A stretch of 64,000 bases of DNA. It comes from Octopus bimaculoides (taxonomy: Eukaryota). Position 1 is the first letter of the stretch. Every line of letters starts with the position of its first letter. The DNA lies in NCBI RefSeq assembly GCF_001194135.2, contig NC_068987.1, positions 2,233,210-2,297,209 on the forward strand. The letters run 5' to 3'. This document shows positions 36,709 to 50,888 of this stretch, piece after piece. The translations under genes were made by a program, and so were the position numbers. The notes under the pieces are model-generated. The model had not been told where the DNA came from and made no database searches. It saw nothing but the letters and a program-made list of their open reading frames with translations.

Positions 36709-38024
36709 CGTATCAATTTAATGTAAGTAATATTTAAAGTTGATATTCTTTAGTATCGAATCTGTCCCGAATGAGCGATTTCATATAGAAGACCTTCCAG
36801 ACGTGGCCATCATACATTTTCATCTCTTCATAAAGATTAAAATTTTTAGCAGGTTGGCTGACCCCACAGAGGCCCTTCATTTCGTCTGTAGTACCTGCTT
36901 TGTTAACGAGGATACTTCTATGTTGCTTCACCACCTGCTAGAAACAACAACAGAATCTTCCATAAATCATTGTCTAATGTCGTCAACATGGAATGTCGCT
37001 TCGAGCAACAGTGTTACAGACGCTCAGTCATAAACCGATTTCCTTGGATTATTGATTCTTCTCAATTCGGTTCGATCAGGGATTAACAGCAACAGCATCA
37101 TCAACATAAACATGAGTGTTATGTACCGCAACACGTAAAAAAACCGACTGATTCAAAAATATATTCATACATAAACTTATATTGCTTAGAATATAAAAAG
37201 AGTGACGACCAGGGCTGGAACGTCTTTGCTCCATGGGGGCCGACCGATGGCTAAAGAAGAACGACAGTTTCGGTTTGAGCGTTAAATCTTATCACAAACG
37301 GCATGAGGAAAAATTCGATCCTTCGTCACTCCGCTCTGATTGTTTAAAATCCTCATCAAACGGCCTCACTTATCCTTACCTTACAATATAGTGTTTAAGA
37401 GAATTAACTGTTTTCTTTCTAGATGAATGTATATTAGTTTTAACCCGATTAAGAGGTATTTGCGTGCTGAAATGTGGCAAATATTGATACTGAGGGGTCT
37501 TTTTCTGGGCTTTTAGGCCACTTGTAATGTCGAGTAATTTTAATTACACATTCCTGTGAGATTGTTTATTTAGGAGATATTTCACAATGTACCCTTAATC
37601 TGGATTAATATCAGATCAAAATAGTTATAAATCCTTCGCATTTGTCGTTAATCTACTCCTACATCTCTTCGTAATCTGACATCCATTTATAAATAGAGCG
37701 TCACCATGTTTACTAATTCGGCAAAACATTCCGCTACATTTTATATTCAATATGTTGTTGTATTTATTTGTTGTGTAACTTTTCTTGTTGATTAGTAATG
37801 ATTGTTGTAACAAATCTGCTTGTTTGGGTCAGGTTTAACTATTCTACTTCTAGGCATGGGACTTGAATAACTACACTATTTGGTGACGTGGGTTATGGTT
37901 AGCTCAATTGGTTTGTGACAGGGTCTGCCCTTTGATTTCAAATCCTGGCCTTGATAGATATTGAACCAGTAGAAGTCAGTTCCCCTTTCCTTTTTCCTTC
38001 TCACCGCTCTCAATCTCTGTATTG

Positions 38025-38140
38025 TAAAGGCAATTTAAAGGTTCAGACTTGTCACCGAGTCTCACGCTTAGTTAGCCTGCAGAGTTCTTTAAGAGTACGG
38101 CGCTCTGTGGAATACTCAGCCACTTACACCAGTAAGAATT
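38025..38140 (+). mobile_element. Diverged SINE tail module E
   Basis: CTTGTCAC...CTCTGTGGAATACTCAGCCACTTACAC matches the reverse complement of 5810-5910 and 41995-42080. Confidence 0.6.
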
Positions 38141-39351
38141 CAGTTAAACAACAAATGTACCCTCACCGTGGAAACCGACGGAAAATCCACCACTTTATGA
38201 CTGTCGTTATTACATTTCGACTCAAATACTTATTTTATAAGCCTAATATATATTCTAGCAGCCTTTTGCTGAACAATTAGGATACGGGGACTTAAACAGA
38301 CACCCTCGAGCGCTAGGAGGGGGGACAAACACATTCTAAAATACATACATACATACAAATGTACGTACATATATGCATGCATATATATATATATGCATGC
38401 AACGAGCTTCCACACAGTTTCCATTTAGCACATTCATTCACAAGGCCCTGGGCCGGTCACATTTTGGTAATTTAAACCAGTAAAGATTAGAGAACTGACA
38501 ACATTGACGGTGCTTGTAGCAGGGAACAAGCATTTTGCGATTTCAGTCTGCACCTATTCCGCAATGATTAACCGTAAATACAAACCCGCCTTCACCACCA
38601 GCACCACCACCACGACCGCCGCCGCCGTACACCATTTTTACAGTGAATAAGGAGTAACAATCCTTTGCGGTTTTCCATCCTCGATCCCTAACCAACCACT
38701 TTCCTTACAACGTTGGTTCATCTACAAAAAGCATTACCATTTCAGAGCACCGTATCCATGCCGCCATCCCGCTTCGGACATATAATCTTTGGTTTATTGA
38801 AAATAAAAGCTATTCATCACACGAATTTATATTACAGATGTTGTATTTAAAGTCATGGCAGATAAATATAGTTATTGTTTTCTGGCAAATCTCCATGATA
38901 TAATTACGATGTTGCCAAAATTTTATTCCATTTCTTATTTTATTTGCATTCATTTGTATTCAATGGAATAAATCAAGATGTCAGTTTATAATTGTACAGA
39001 TACCAACCCCAATATAGAACGCCGAATTGTTTTCAGTGTTGTCTGAGCGGGATCAACGTTGTATTATATCCAAGCACACTGGTTGTTTCACTAATCGCCA
39101 TTAATGATTATTGTCATTTATTAACATTACTTCCTGAGAACATCTTAGCAACATCCGACGGCAATCAGAATCCATGATTATCGCCCCTGTAACACTAGAC
39201 GCACGATGAATACATTTTCTTCCACCTTTCTTTCTTGGAATAATTACATACAACGCGCAAAGACAAACACATAAACACGAAACAATATCGTTTGTTTAAT
39301 AATTATTTTCCCAAAATATCATTCCTTTTCTTTTTTAATCTTTTTTTGTTA

Positions 39352-39701
39352 TCTTTTATTTATTTCAGTCATTGGACTACAGCCGTGTAGTCGAACAAAT
39401 CAACCCCAGTACTTAGATTTTAAAGTCTGGTTATTATTCTGTCGATCGATTTTGCCGAACAGTTAACGGGGACTTAAACAAACCGGTCAAGCGGTGTGTG
39501 TGGAGGAGGTGCAAGCACACACAATGTCTCTTACATAGATATATACATATATATGTATACACAACTGGCTTCTTTCAGTTTCCGTCAACAAGGCTTTAGT
39601 TGGCCCGAGCTTATAGCAGACGACAACTGCAGAAGGAACCACGTAGTGGGGCAGACCCGGAACCACGTGGTTGGGAAGCAAGCTTCGTACCACACAGCCA
39701 C
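39352..39701 (-). mobile_element. Composite SINE A-(microsatellite)-B
   Basis: Module B at 39352-39510 and module A at 39564-39701. Confidence 0.8.
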
Positions 39702-41368
39702 GACAGTTAATTTTCTAACCTTATTTCCATAATCACAATCTACTCCATCGAAAACCCTTTTCTGCGTCGCACATAAAATAAAATGTCCGTTTGAAAGAAA
39801 GTTATATTACACACGTCTTTCGCTTCTTATGATAACTCTCTTTATATATTCCCCACTGCTCTCTGTCTCTCTATACAATGTGTAGCGTGATTGGGGAAGT
39901 CAAACAACTGACATTTATGTCTTATGTTCTTTTATAGCGATTACTAAATATTTTCATTTTGTAGTAAGTAAAACTGAAAGCTCTTGATATGCTCCGATAT
40001 TATTCTGACCTCATTAGGGGACCATTGCCCACACTATATTATCTGAGTAGTCGACGAAGCCGATTAAAATATATTGAGAAATATAATTCATGTAGTGAAA
40101 TATTTTCCTACGAATTTTCTCACAGAAGAGTTATCAATTTTAATTCCAATTCTTTAAATTACATCGTGTTGTGTTTTGAGATAACACACGCACTGGTTCC
40201 ATATCACTTCTTTATTGTTAGTCAGTTAGTTAAATATCTAACCAATCAAATCGATTAGTTGGTTAGATTTAATGCGCTGGTTAAACACTCACTCGGTTGT
40301 TCGTTAGTCAAAGTTCTTTCGTCGCCATTCACGACCGAATCTCTAAATCACAATTATCAAGGTTGCCCCATGGTTAAGAAATTCCCTGTGCAGCCCCGTG
40401 TTTCCGGATTAGCCCCTACTGCGCGGTAAATAGTAAATGTCTGCTGCTAATACCATGTAAGTTTGGGTAAACGGAAACTATACCGAAGCTCATTGTATAT
40501 GCACGTGTGTATGCGTGGGTGGTTAAGTATAGATGAAACATGTATACATGTGTAATAAAGGCAATTAAACGATGCAGTTAAATAAATATACCTTGTGGTA
40601 TTTGTTTCTCTACAGTTATTGAGTCCCACCCTTGTTATTGTCGTCATCAGAAATGAAGCGAAGCAATGAAGAGGCCGCTAAACCTTATACTCCTCGATGC
40701 TATTGTTTACGAAGCGCTTTATTATATAACGAAAACATTTTGTGAGATAATTGAAAAATAAAAGATACTCAATTAATGCCAGCATTACAATATCTCACAA
40801 TATCTAATGGTGAAATGGAACCGGATTGAATTTCATTGACATCAAAGGTTGAAAACTAAAGCATGGTTAGCGCTATATATCATTACTTCATAGTTGCTTT
40901 GTGTAATCTTTATTAAAAGCTACGCAATGATGCGGCTTTCTTTAATACAGCATACCTGGAACATACACAACTAAAAGATACATTTCAGTGTTGCGCCTCT
41001 TTCCCCGAAATCAGTTGATATCAAAGAGAGGCAGGAAATGTAAAACACATTGAAACCGTCAGCAGACGAGAATACATGCTGAGGTGCTAATTTGTCTAGA
41101 GGGCATACAAATACGATCTTTATTAATATTACAGCCAGATGTTCAAAGCATATTTTATCAAAACTTGCCCCTTACAACTGATAAATCTCGAAATAAAGCA
41201 GCTGTGATTTTTAATCAAAACTATAACGAAACAAACATGCATTATTCAATTCAGAAGTTGAGAAGTGGTGAGACGTACGCTAAATATCTCACACATCTAT
41301 ACGCATACGTATATACATACATATCTACATACCTATTTACACACACACATACATATATGTGTGTATAC

Positions 41369-41408
<40 letters not shown>

Positions 41409-42141
41409 CAGCTAAATATATCTGTTTCATCATAACTTATCGAGTCTTAGTTGTATTTAATCATAAAAATGGGTAAATTATCGTGAATATATATGTGTGT
41501 GTGTGTGTATGTATATGTATGTATGCATTGATATACGAATGTATATATGTGTGTGTATATACATATATATACAGATATATATATATATATGTGAGTACAT
41601 ATGCATATGTATATGCGAATGCATGTATGTGTATAAATGTTTGTATATGTGAATGATGGATGTATGGTTGTGTTTCAATGTTTGCACAAATGCATGTTCA
41701 CATGTATGCGTGTGTGTGTGCTTGTGTGTGTGTGTGAGGGGAGTGTATCATTTTCCGTAGAAAAAAAACGATGCTTTCTTCCTTTTTTTGTTCCAAATGT
41801 AAGTAATTAGAGTGATGGCTATGTTATGCTGAAGTACTCGGTGGTTGGAAGTGTATCTAGACAGAAGGAAACTGTACAGAAGCCTGTAATATTACGGTCC
41901 AACCATGGCACACTTGTTTTTCTTAAGCACTCCGTCAGTTATGATGACGAGGGTCCCAGCTGATACGAAAAGCGGAACAGCTTGCTCGTGAAATTAATGT
42001 GTAAGTGGCTGAGTAATCCACAAACACGTGTAACCCTAACGTAGTTCCAAGGGGTATTCAACGTGACAAGGCTGGCCCTTTGAAATAAAGGTACAATTCA
42101 TTTTTGCCAGCTGAGTGAACTGGAGCAATGTGAAATAAAGT

Positions 42142-42315
42142 TCTATATTTGAGAGATGAGGAATTATGTACATTATTTACATTTGACGGATATTTCGAAC
42201 CCAGGTTCGAAATTTTCCCAAGACACTTGATGAAGGCCGGAGAGTATATCAGCCGAAACGTTGTGTTAACAACATGCAAGATGAGAACAAATATCCGTCA
42301 AATGGAAATAATGTT
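42142..42315 (+). mobile_element. Penelope-like element pseudo-LTR fragment with a 5' inverted segment
   Basis: 26-bp inverted repeat 42170-42195 versus 42289-42314 (1 mismatch) around a minimal hammerhead motif. Confidence 0.7.
42222..42267 (+). ncRNA. Minimal PLE-type type I hammerhead motif (C3U variant)
   Basis: GACAC UUGAUGA A GGC...GCC GAAA CGU U GUGUU: 5-bp stem I, loopless palindromic stem III ACGU, GUU triplet ending at 42262. Confidence 0.75.
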
Positions 42316-42933
42316 TCTTGCTCAAGGACACAACGCGTCGCAGGGATTTGAACTCACGACCTTACAATCGTGAGTCGAATACCCCTAACCACTAAGCCAC
42401 GCGTCTTCACATGCCACTCTTTCTGCATGTTACATTAACAATACCTGTATATATGAAATATTCAGTCACTATCACTATAATTCAATGAATCGTAGTTCAT
42501 CGACGGAGGATCCTTTTTACTTTTTTTTATATTTATATTTACAGTGACATTTAAGAGAATTATATGGGAAGGTGGTTGTTGTCATAATGGCAGTGGGAAT
42601 AGTGGTGGTGTTGGTGGCAGTGGGAACGGGGTGGGTGCCGGTATTGGTGGTGGTGGTGATGGTGGCGATGGAGTTCTATTCCAGCAACTGTTATTGTAAG
42701 GAAGAAAGGTAAAGAAGCAGGAAAAGAATTTGCTTCAGCAGCTGCCGGTGCTGCAGACGACGATGATGATGATTTTGATGATGATGAGGAGGAGGAGGAG
42801 GAGGGGGATGATAATGATGTTGATGATGATGTGGGAGGGGTGATTGTTGGTGAATGTGGTGGTAGGAGGAGCGATGAATAGTATATCAACCAGGACTACA
42901 ACAACAACGACAAAGAGGTGGTCGACGGGGACT

Positions 42934-42987
<54 letters not shown>

Positions 42988-43907
42988 TCTACGGCAATGG
43001 CGGTAGTGGTGGTGGTGGAGGTGCGGCGGTCGTGGTGATGGTGGTGTTGGTGGTTGCGGTGGTGACAGACAGACAGAGATAGACCAAAGCAACGTTCTAG
43101 TTTGAGCTTGGTTTAAATAGCTAATCGTTAGAAGTTCTCTTCCAGGGGAGAAAGATTCGAATGCTTTTTTAACCATTAATGATGAGAGATCATCCGACTG
43201 TAGGACGTGTTAGAATAATCTCCTTTATATATATGTAAACGAAAAGCGAATACTAAATTATATACATCTGATCAATATTTATAGCAAAGGCTTTAAAAAC
43301 ACAAGATTTATCTATAAATTTTTTTCAGGTTTGTTTATGCATTCAGTGTTGCGCATAAAATATTTATTATTTAAATATGACATGCATAGATACATAGAAT
43401 AAAAATAAAGCAAAATATGGCGAAATTTCGTTTTGTGATTGATTTAAATAGCGATTTGGTATAAGTTGCTGTCGTCAACGGTTTTCATGGAATAATTATC
43501 TTTAAATTTCTGATCAACAAAATATGGAAACGTGTTTATTTTTCGTTTTTTTAATTTTTTTATTTATGTGTTTCAGCCAAGTGGCTGCGGTCATGCTGGT
43601 GCACCAGATTAACAAAATATATTTATTCGTCTTTCTGTCTGTCTGTTTATCTATCTATCTCTCTGTTTTTCTATGTATTTGCCTCCCTCCCTCCTTACCT
43701 ACCTACCTACCTACCTACCTACCTACCTACATAACTACCTATCTATCTATATATCTATCTATGTCTTTTTTTATTCATCTCTCTATATTTATGGGTGTCT
43801 GTCTATCTCTGTGTCTGCATATCTATTTATCCATCCGTCTCTCTCTCTTTCTCTCCCCCTCTCTTTCTGTATCTATTTATCTAGCTATCTAGCTATCTAC
43901 CTAGCCA

Positions 43908-43944
<37 letters not shown>

Positions 43945-44189
43945 AGATTTTAAGCCTTCCTTTTGAAACATATCTTTGAGTGTGTGTGTGTGTGTGAATG
44001 TAGGTATGTCTAAGTATAGCTGTGTGTGTTCCTTTATTAGAGATACGCATTGGACTGTGGCCAATATACATATGTATATTAAATCCAAGATATTCTACAT
44101 TCCAGACAAAATAAATATTCATAAATTGATCTCGGTCAGAAGAATTCTGACCAGACCGTAAATATTCAGTTGTTCAATCAACTCTACAT

Positions 44190-44290
44190 TTAACGTATAT
44201 GTGGCCGAGTACTCCACAGTCGTGCGTACCATTACTGTATTTCTCAAGAGAAATCCGAGTGATACTGCATAACGATGTTACACCTTTAAT
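44190..44290 (-). mobile_element. Diverged SINE tail module E fragment
   Basis: TTAACGT...GTGGCCGAGTACTCCACAG resembles 5808-5860. Confidence 0.5.
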
Positions 44291-44525
44291 TTACCGGTAT
44301 ATTCCATCTCGTGGGTTTCTATATCCTGTACCCCTTTATCCGATTTCGATGGCAAGACATGGTCGATTTAAGGCAGCAGTAAAGATGCTGGTGAGTGGAA
44401 TCGAATCCAGGATCTCATGATTGCGAAGCTAGCTTCTTACCTTTATAGCCATATTGCAACAGCAAATAGGAGGAATGCACCATACTGTATTTAGTACATA
44501 AGACATAGATAGGTAGGTAGGTAGG

Positions 44526-44559
<34 letters not shown>

Positions 44560-45689
44560 TCCAACAGGGGTAGAATCAACAAAAACCGTACTTCGTCTTG
44601 TGAATGATAAAATCAATTTAATACAAAACCGAAAGCGCTACCTATAGTCTCAGGCTTTTACGATACTTTAACTGGGCATATTTATAAAATACGCTCTGTA
44701 CCTCCAAGAAATCTTTTAGGTTCTGCTTATGTGTTAGATATATTTTCAAAACAAGGACACTGAACAGTGAGAAAATACAAAAAAAAAAAAAAAAAAGACG
44801 TGAATAAACCTGAAAAAAATGTGAAGAAGTTTGATGCAAAAATTGGAACGTGAAGAAATAAAAGAGAGTCAGAAAACTAAGATGGTCGTCCTCCTTGACT
44901 GCAGAAACCATATTAAATACAGCTGGTATAGAAAAGAAAAACATAAGAAAATATGACGTCATTGCAGCAGTGACTTACCAGAACGAGTGACTGGTTTCAC
45001 CCTACTTAGTTTTTATCAATGCCTCGATAATTGTCCTTACCAATTGTCTGTCAATTGGTAAGGTGAAATTCGTGTTTTGATATGCGGGGAACTAAATAAT
45101 ACTTTCAGTAGAATTACGAAAAGCATGCCGAATTGCAAAAACAGAAACATCAGATCATGCATGTATAATCACTACTGCGGTTTTCTATGACAACATACAC
45201 AAACTCAAAGATTTCGTTAATCGCCACTACATCGGTGTTAAAAACGCTAACAGCAATATCAACTGCAACAATCTATCCAAAAGCATAATATTTTCTGTCT
45301 GTTTCTTTCACTGGGAAGCGTTTCCACAAACAATATTAACACTAAGCTAATACGGTAATGTGTTGAGATGAACTCATTTGCTAGTATCAGCGATAATTGG
45401 CACGTGATGACAGATCTACGTAAAGGCATGACAAAACTGATAGCAGCAATGGCGTGAAGACGTGTTAAATGCTGCGCTCTGATGGTGATAATGGTTGCTA
45501 GAAGGGGGTGGGAGTGGAACAAGGGTTATATTTTAATTTTTCGTCTCTCATATGTACACACACACACACACATACACAAAAGCAGACGCGCGCGCACCAA
45601 CACGTATAGAAATAAACGAACATTTCTATACATAGGCACATGAATATCTATCAATAATCTTTTACCTTCTGTCTCTCTCTTTCTCTCTC

Positions 45690-45733
<44 letters not shown>

Positions 45734-46429
45734 TATTTCCTCCTATGTTCTATATACTCTGGGAACGTATTAAAGCCCTTTTCGGGGCTATTTTATTTGA
45801 ATTCTTAGTATCGGGTAACTAATTTCATGTTATTACATAACTGGTTTCACAATTTGGGTTTTCATAACTTATTGGGAATTCCTAAAAACAAGATCCTGTG
45901 TAAGACAGTTCAGTATTCTCTGTAAATGCACAAAAGCCGTTTTAAGGGCTAAATACTTTGTATTGTTGTTATTGGATTACAAATCGAATGCTCGACCGAC
46001 ACTAGATCTGATTACAAACAATCTTTGGCCTCCAAATGGAAACAGGACCTGGCTGTGTGGAATTGATTGATAAAGCAAGGAAGTATTCCAGAGCAGATGT
46101 TCGGTCGATTTCGTAGAGTGTTCGACAAAATACGTCACCGTCTTTGTTCTGCTGTGGTGACCTTGTCTGTATCGAGTGGAACAAATATTTTTATGAAAAA
46201 CACGTAAGAAGGAAGAAGCCAGCTATGGAATTACCCAAGATAATTCCATGAACATTTCTGTGCAACGCGGTGGTTCCTATTCATGGTAATTCTTTAAACT
46301 CTCAATGCCCCCCTTAGGACCCCCGCACATCGCCGGCGACAAGATGTGTACTTTTAACTTGTAATCCAGTGATAAACGCATACCTCATACACTGTGCCAT
46401 CTGCGACACACATTGAAATATTTTAGCTG

Positions 46430-46465
<36 letters not shown>

Positions 46466-47084
46466 TGGCATCGCTCCTGCAGTTCTTGTGTTCTTTTTGC
46501 GAAGAAATAGTTTGTGGTGATTCCTCGTTCATCAAAGATGCCGTTAATTGTAGCGACGTGTTGCGCCAGAAAACAATTTAACTATTACACAGATCATTTC
46601 ACGAATGTAATTCATTATAAACAATATAAATTGTTAGATATGAAGAGAAATACGTTTGGCAAGAGGGAATTTTTTGATAAGAAATCTGAGAGATGTGATA
46701 AGTCGGACGAAAGGCTTGGTTCGGTTGAAGCAAGACTTAAATAACGATTTTGATGAAGTCGAAACAACTGTTAGGAAGAAAGGCGTAAAGTCGACACTAC
46801 AGCAATTGCTACTGCACCAAATGTTAATACAAGGGAAGGCATACGTGTTTCATTAGAGGCATACTAGAATTACATGTGCATACATATACGCACATACATA
46901 CGCGCACGCACACACTCATGCGAACACACTCACGCATACATAGTTGTGTGTGCGTGTATACGTTTCAATGGTTGTGCATGAATATATATATGGATGTCTG
47001 TACATATGCATACTTGTACATGCGTGCATATATGTGTGTGTATAAGTACTTATTTGTATATGTATGTAAGGATATATATAAATA

Positions 47085-47131
<47 letters not shown>

Positions 47132-47377
47132 CATATATATGTATATGTATATATCTATATATACACATGCATACATATNNNNNNNNNNNNNNNNNNNNNN
47201 NNNNNNNNNNNNNNNNNNNNNNNNNNNNNNNNNNNNNNNNNNNNNNNNNNNNNNNNNNNNNNNNNNNNNNNNNNNNNNNNNNNNNNNNNNNNNNNNNNNN
47301 NNNNNNNNNNNNNNNNNNNNNNNNNNNNNNNNNNNNATACATATGTGTATACATATATGTGTGTGTGTGTGTGTGTC

Positions 47378-47417
<40 letters not shown>

Positions 47418-48823
47418 CGGTGCTTACTGGGTGTTAATGAACAAATCTGTACCGAGTTATGACTGTAAAATAATATAAGACTTCTCGATAGACGTCAAGT
47501 TTTAACTTTCTCTTGTAGTCCCACAAACAGCAGCAACATAGCAGATTCTCTTGATAAAAAGACTGGCTTTGCTTGTTGCTGTAACTTGCAATGGTTGTGG
47601 CAGGGAATTGCTGACGGTTTCTCGACCATGTCCGGGTCTTAGTGTTCAGAGTCGGGTGAGAAGTGCCGTCTCGTGGCAGTGTCTTGTCAATCAAAAGAAA
47701 TCATATTTCTGCATTGTCAGGCGTCATTAGGACACTCGAGTACAGTATGTGCTCCAGCTAGGCCATCAATGCCAGTTGCTTCATGCAAGTCGTAGTCTAC
47801 CATTTATAGAGCTATGAGACGACGGTTGCAGGTGTTTAGACGTTGACCAGTTGACATGGCTCACTGATCATTCAGCCTGAATTGGCGACGGTACATTTTG
47901 GCACTGGAGGCAAGTACACACACACATACGCGCGTAGTGGTGGGCAGATAGATACATAGCAATTTATTATTTGAAAGCGTTTGCCATAAACACTTTCCCT
48001 CTTCCCGTACACATAAAAAGAAACGTGCTTATTCACATAAACACAAACATACACAGAAGAGAGAGAGAGAGGAAGAGAGGAGGAGAGAGGAAAATAAAGG
48101 GAGTGAAACACATAGAGAGAGAGAGAGAGAGAGGTGGTAAAACGTCAAAGAAGGGAGAAGTTTTAAAACGGCTGAAGTCAAATAAGTCAGCGTCAAATCA
48201 GGGAATCCGGTGAAAAAGTAACTTGCTGGTTTACAGCCTCCCTAAAAGGAGACCCTGTATGAGGCCTTAAATAAACACAAGTGTCTGATGTGAGACCCCC
48301 AACGTCAATGACGACAGCATTAGATTCGTTTTACGATGGTGAATGAGAAAGTATTTAATTAACATATATGGTATCCAACGTAATTAATATATTTTGGAAT
48401 GCGTTTATCTAATCATCTAAGCAATTCTCCTCGTATTTTTGTGCTTTCATAAATATTTTACAAAAATTATGTATTTCGGTAAATTGAATATTTGCTTATG
48501 ACACTTGCTTGCCTTTAAACAAAGCCACAAAACAATCTTGGTTTCTTTCTCATTTTCTGACGAAAGACAAGCCTCCGAAACGTTACATACTGTACCTCAC
48601 TTCACTCTTCTACAAATTCTCCTATTAACTAAATGATACCTTTGCTATATTGTTCTGATTGTTGTTTTCGCCTTCTTTGGTTATTTTTCTTTAGTTTGCT
48701 TTCCACCGAAATAATTTGTAAATTATTACATTTATGGTTTCATTTCATTCAGAATCCATTTCAACACAGGTATTGGAATCCATCAAGATTCTATAGGTGT
48801 GTGTGTATGTCTGTGTGTCTGTG

Positions 48824-48860
<37 letters not shown>

Positions 48861-49019
48861 GCATACATATATATATATATGCAATATATTATATATTATG
48901 TATGTATATTATATCATGTATATACACACACATGTATATATATATTAAGAATTTCTCAACTTGTCAAACCCCCGAGTTTCTGACTTTTAAGCGAATAAGG
49001 GAGTAGAGAGAAGAGAAAG

Positions 49020-49070
<51 letters not shown>

Positions 49071-50378
49071 GGGAGAGAGGGAGAGAGGNNNNNNNNNNNN
49101 NNNNNNNNNNNNNNNNNNNNNNNNNNNNGGGGGGGGGGTGAGGTTTGCCTTAAATTAGTATTTTAGTTAAAATATATCCCCCTCACTCTTGGAAATAGCT
49201 TGAGTTCTAGGAATTGTATTCAGTGAAGAACACCCCCAGTGTTTTGACAATTCTAAATTCTTCAAGCTACTTGACAACCAACACATTTGGCCCTCAAGTA
49301 TATATAATTTCTCCTCTTGAATTCCGACACTTCTAAGATACTCCAGATTAAGAAAGTTATGTTTACCCTTATAAAAGTTTTGTATATTTTTAATGCATTC
49401 TTCTCTTGGACGATTTATGCTTCGGAATGAAATAGCAAAGTACTGGGGTTCCAGCGTGTTCTGAGTCTTTAAAAACTTGGAGGAGATATGTATGGGTTAT
49501 TAGGCATTCTTAAGTATAACAGAACAATTTCACCCCTGATTGGAACATGGCATATGGCATATGGCATATGGCTGATAAAGGAAGTGCAAAAGAGTGAGAA
49601 TGAAAATAGCGAAAGAAAAATGTAGAACGAGAACAAATGTTGGAGACAGCACAAAAATATAATATAATATGTCAAGAAGAAATTCTAAGATGCACTTTCC
49701 AACATTTCGGGTCGCCTGAAGACATTTTCGGAATGTAATACACATGTGTAATATTATCTGATAATTCATTACTTGATAATATTGTATTTGGTAATATTTG
49801 ATTTGGAGCCGGTGGCGGGGGTGGAAGCCTAGGTAAAGCGCCGGACAGAAAATGTCTTGATGGTATAAAATTGGCATCAGTTTAAGTTTGAAGTTTTGAG
49901 TTCAAATCCCGCAGGTATTAATTATGCTGTATATTTATTAATTTTTCATCATAATCGTTGCATTAATCACCAGTGAAGTAATAGTAAGTCATAAATTATT
50001 TATATATTTAGTAACATTGGTAGATTATTAAATTCTGTGAGGCACCGGTTTTATTTATGGATGTCATTTATATACAATATCCTCGGCTGCCAATACTAGG
50101 AAAGAATACCCCATTTGATATTTTAATTATTATATAGATAGATTGATAGATAGATAGGGGTCCGCTAAATATGAACTTGGTGCTAGAGGTAGCAATACCC
50201 ACAGACATGTTGCGTTCTCAAATGAAATATTTTGTTGGAAATGTAATAATATTTATATCGCAAATGATATTATAATAAATAAAATACATGCACTGAATGA
50301 GAAGTATTGAGTACTTTATCTTTGGTTCATGATGACGCTTACAAATTGTAACATAATCATGTTTATATTGGTGTAAGT

Positions 50379-50539
50379 CGTGTTGCGTGGTAAGTAGTCT
50401 GTCTCCCAACCACATAGTTCTGGGTTCAGTCCACTGCATGGTTACGTGGCATGTTAGGCAATGTCGTCTGCTATAGCCCCGAGCAGAGCAAGGCCTTGTG
50501 AGTGGAGTTGGCAGACAGAAAGGGGGGAAAAAACCGTTG

Positions 50540-50576
<37 letters not shown>

Positions 50577-50856
50577 GTATGTATATGTTATTTGTTCGTC
50601 TATTCTTAAACTTGTTTGTCATTTGAATGCGGCCATGCTGGAGCACTGCTTTTAAGGGTCTTTTAGTGTAACACATCGACCCCAGGACTTATTCTTTGTA
50701 AGCCTAGTGCTTATTCTATTGGTCGCTTTTGCCGAACCGCTAAGTTACGGGGACGTAAATACACCAACACCGGTTGTCAATCGGTGGTGGGAAAACAAAT
50801 ACAGACACAAGGACACACATATGTATATATNNNNNNNNNNNNNNNNNNNNNNNNNN

Positions 50857-50888
<32 letters not shown>

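Larger units (their letters stand above)
41927..42410 (-). mobile_element. SINE family D with tail E, interrupted by a PLE-derived insert at 42142-42315
   Basis: Minus head GTGAAGACGCGTGGCTTAGTGG...GAGTTCAAATCC. The two halves rejoin into the central domain that is intact at 22740-22763. The tail is homologous to 5742-5925. Confidence 0.85.

Noticed and set aside
44975-45105. Possible minus-strand exon ending at a GTAAGT donor
   Set aside because: All three frames contain stops between the candidate acceptor and donor.
46514-46856. Two overlapping short ORFs with coiled-coil-like stretches
   Set aside because: No recognisable domain, weak splice signals and a frame break.
47500-47870. GC-richer block with an 86-codon minus ORF (MIDKTLPRDG...)
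   Set aside because: Probably a transposon fragment, but I could not match it to a motif or to a second copy in the window.
48558-48590. CTGACGA...GAAACGTT hammerhead-like core
   Set aside because: Stem II does not close properly and there is no stem I pairing; at best a very degenerate relic.
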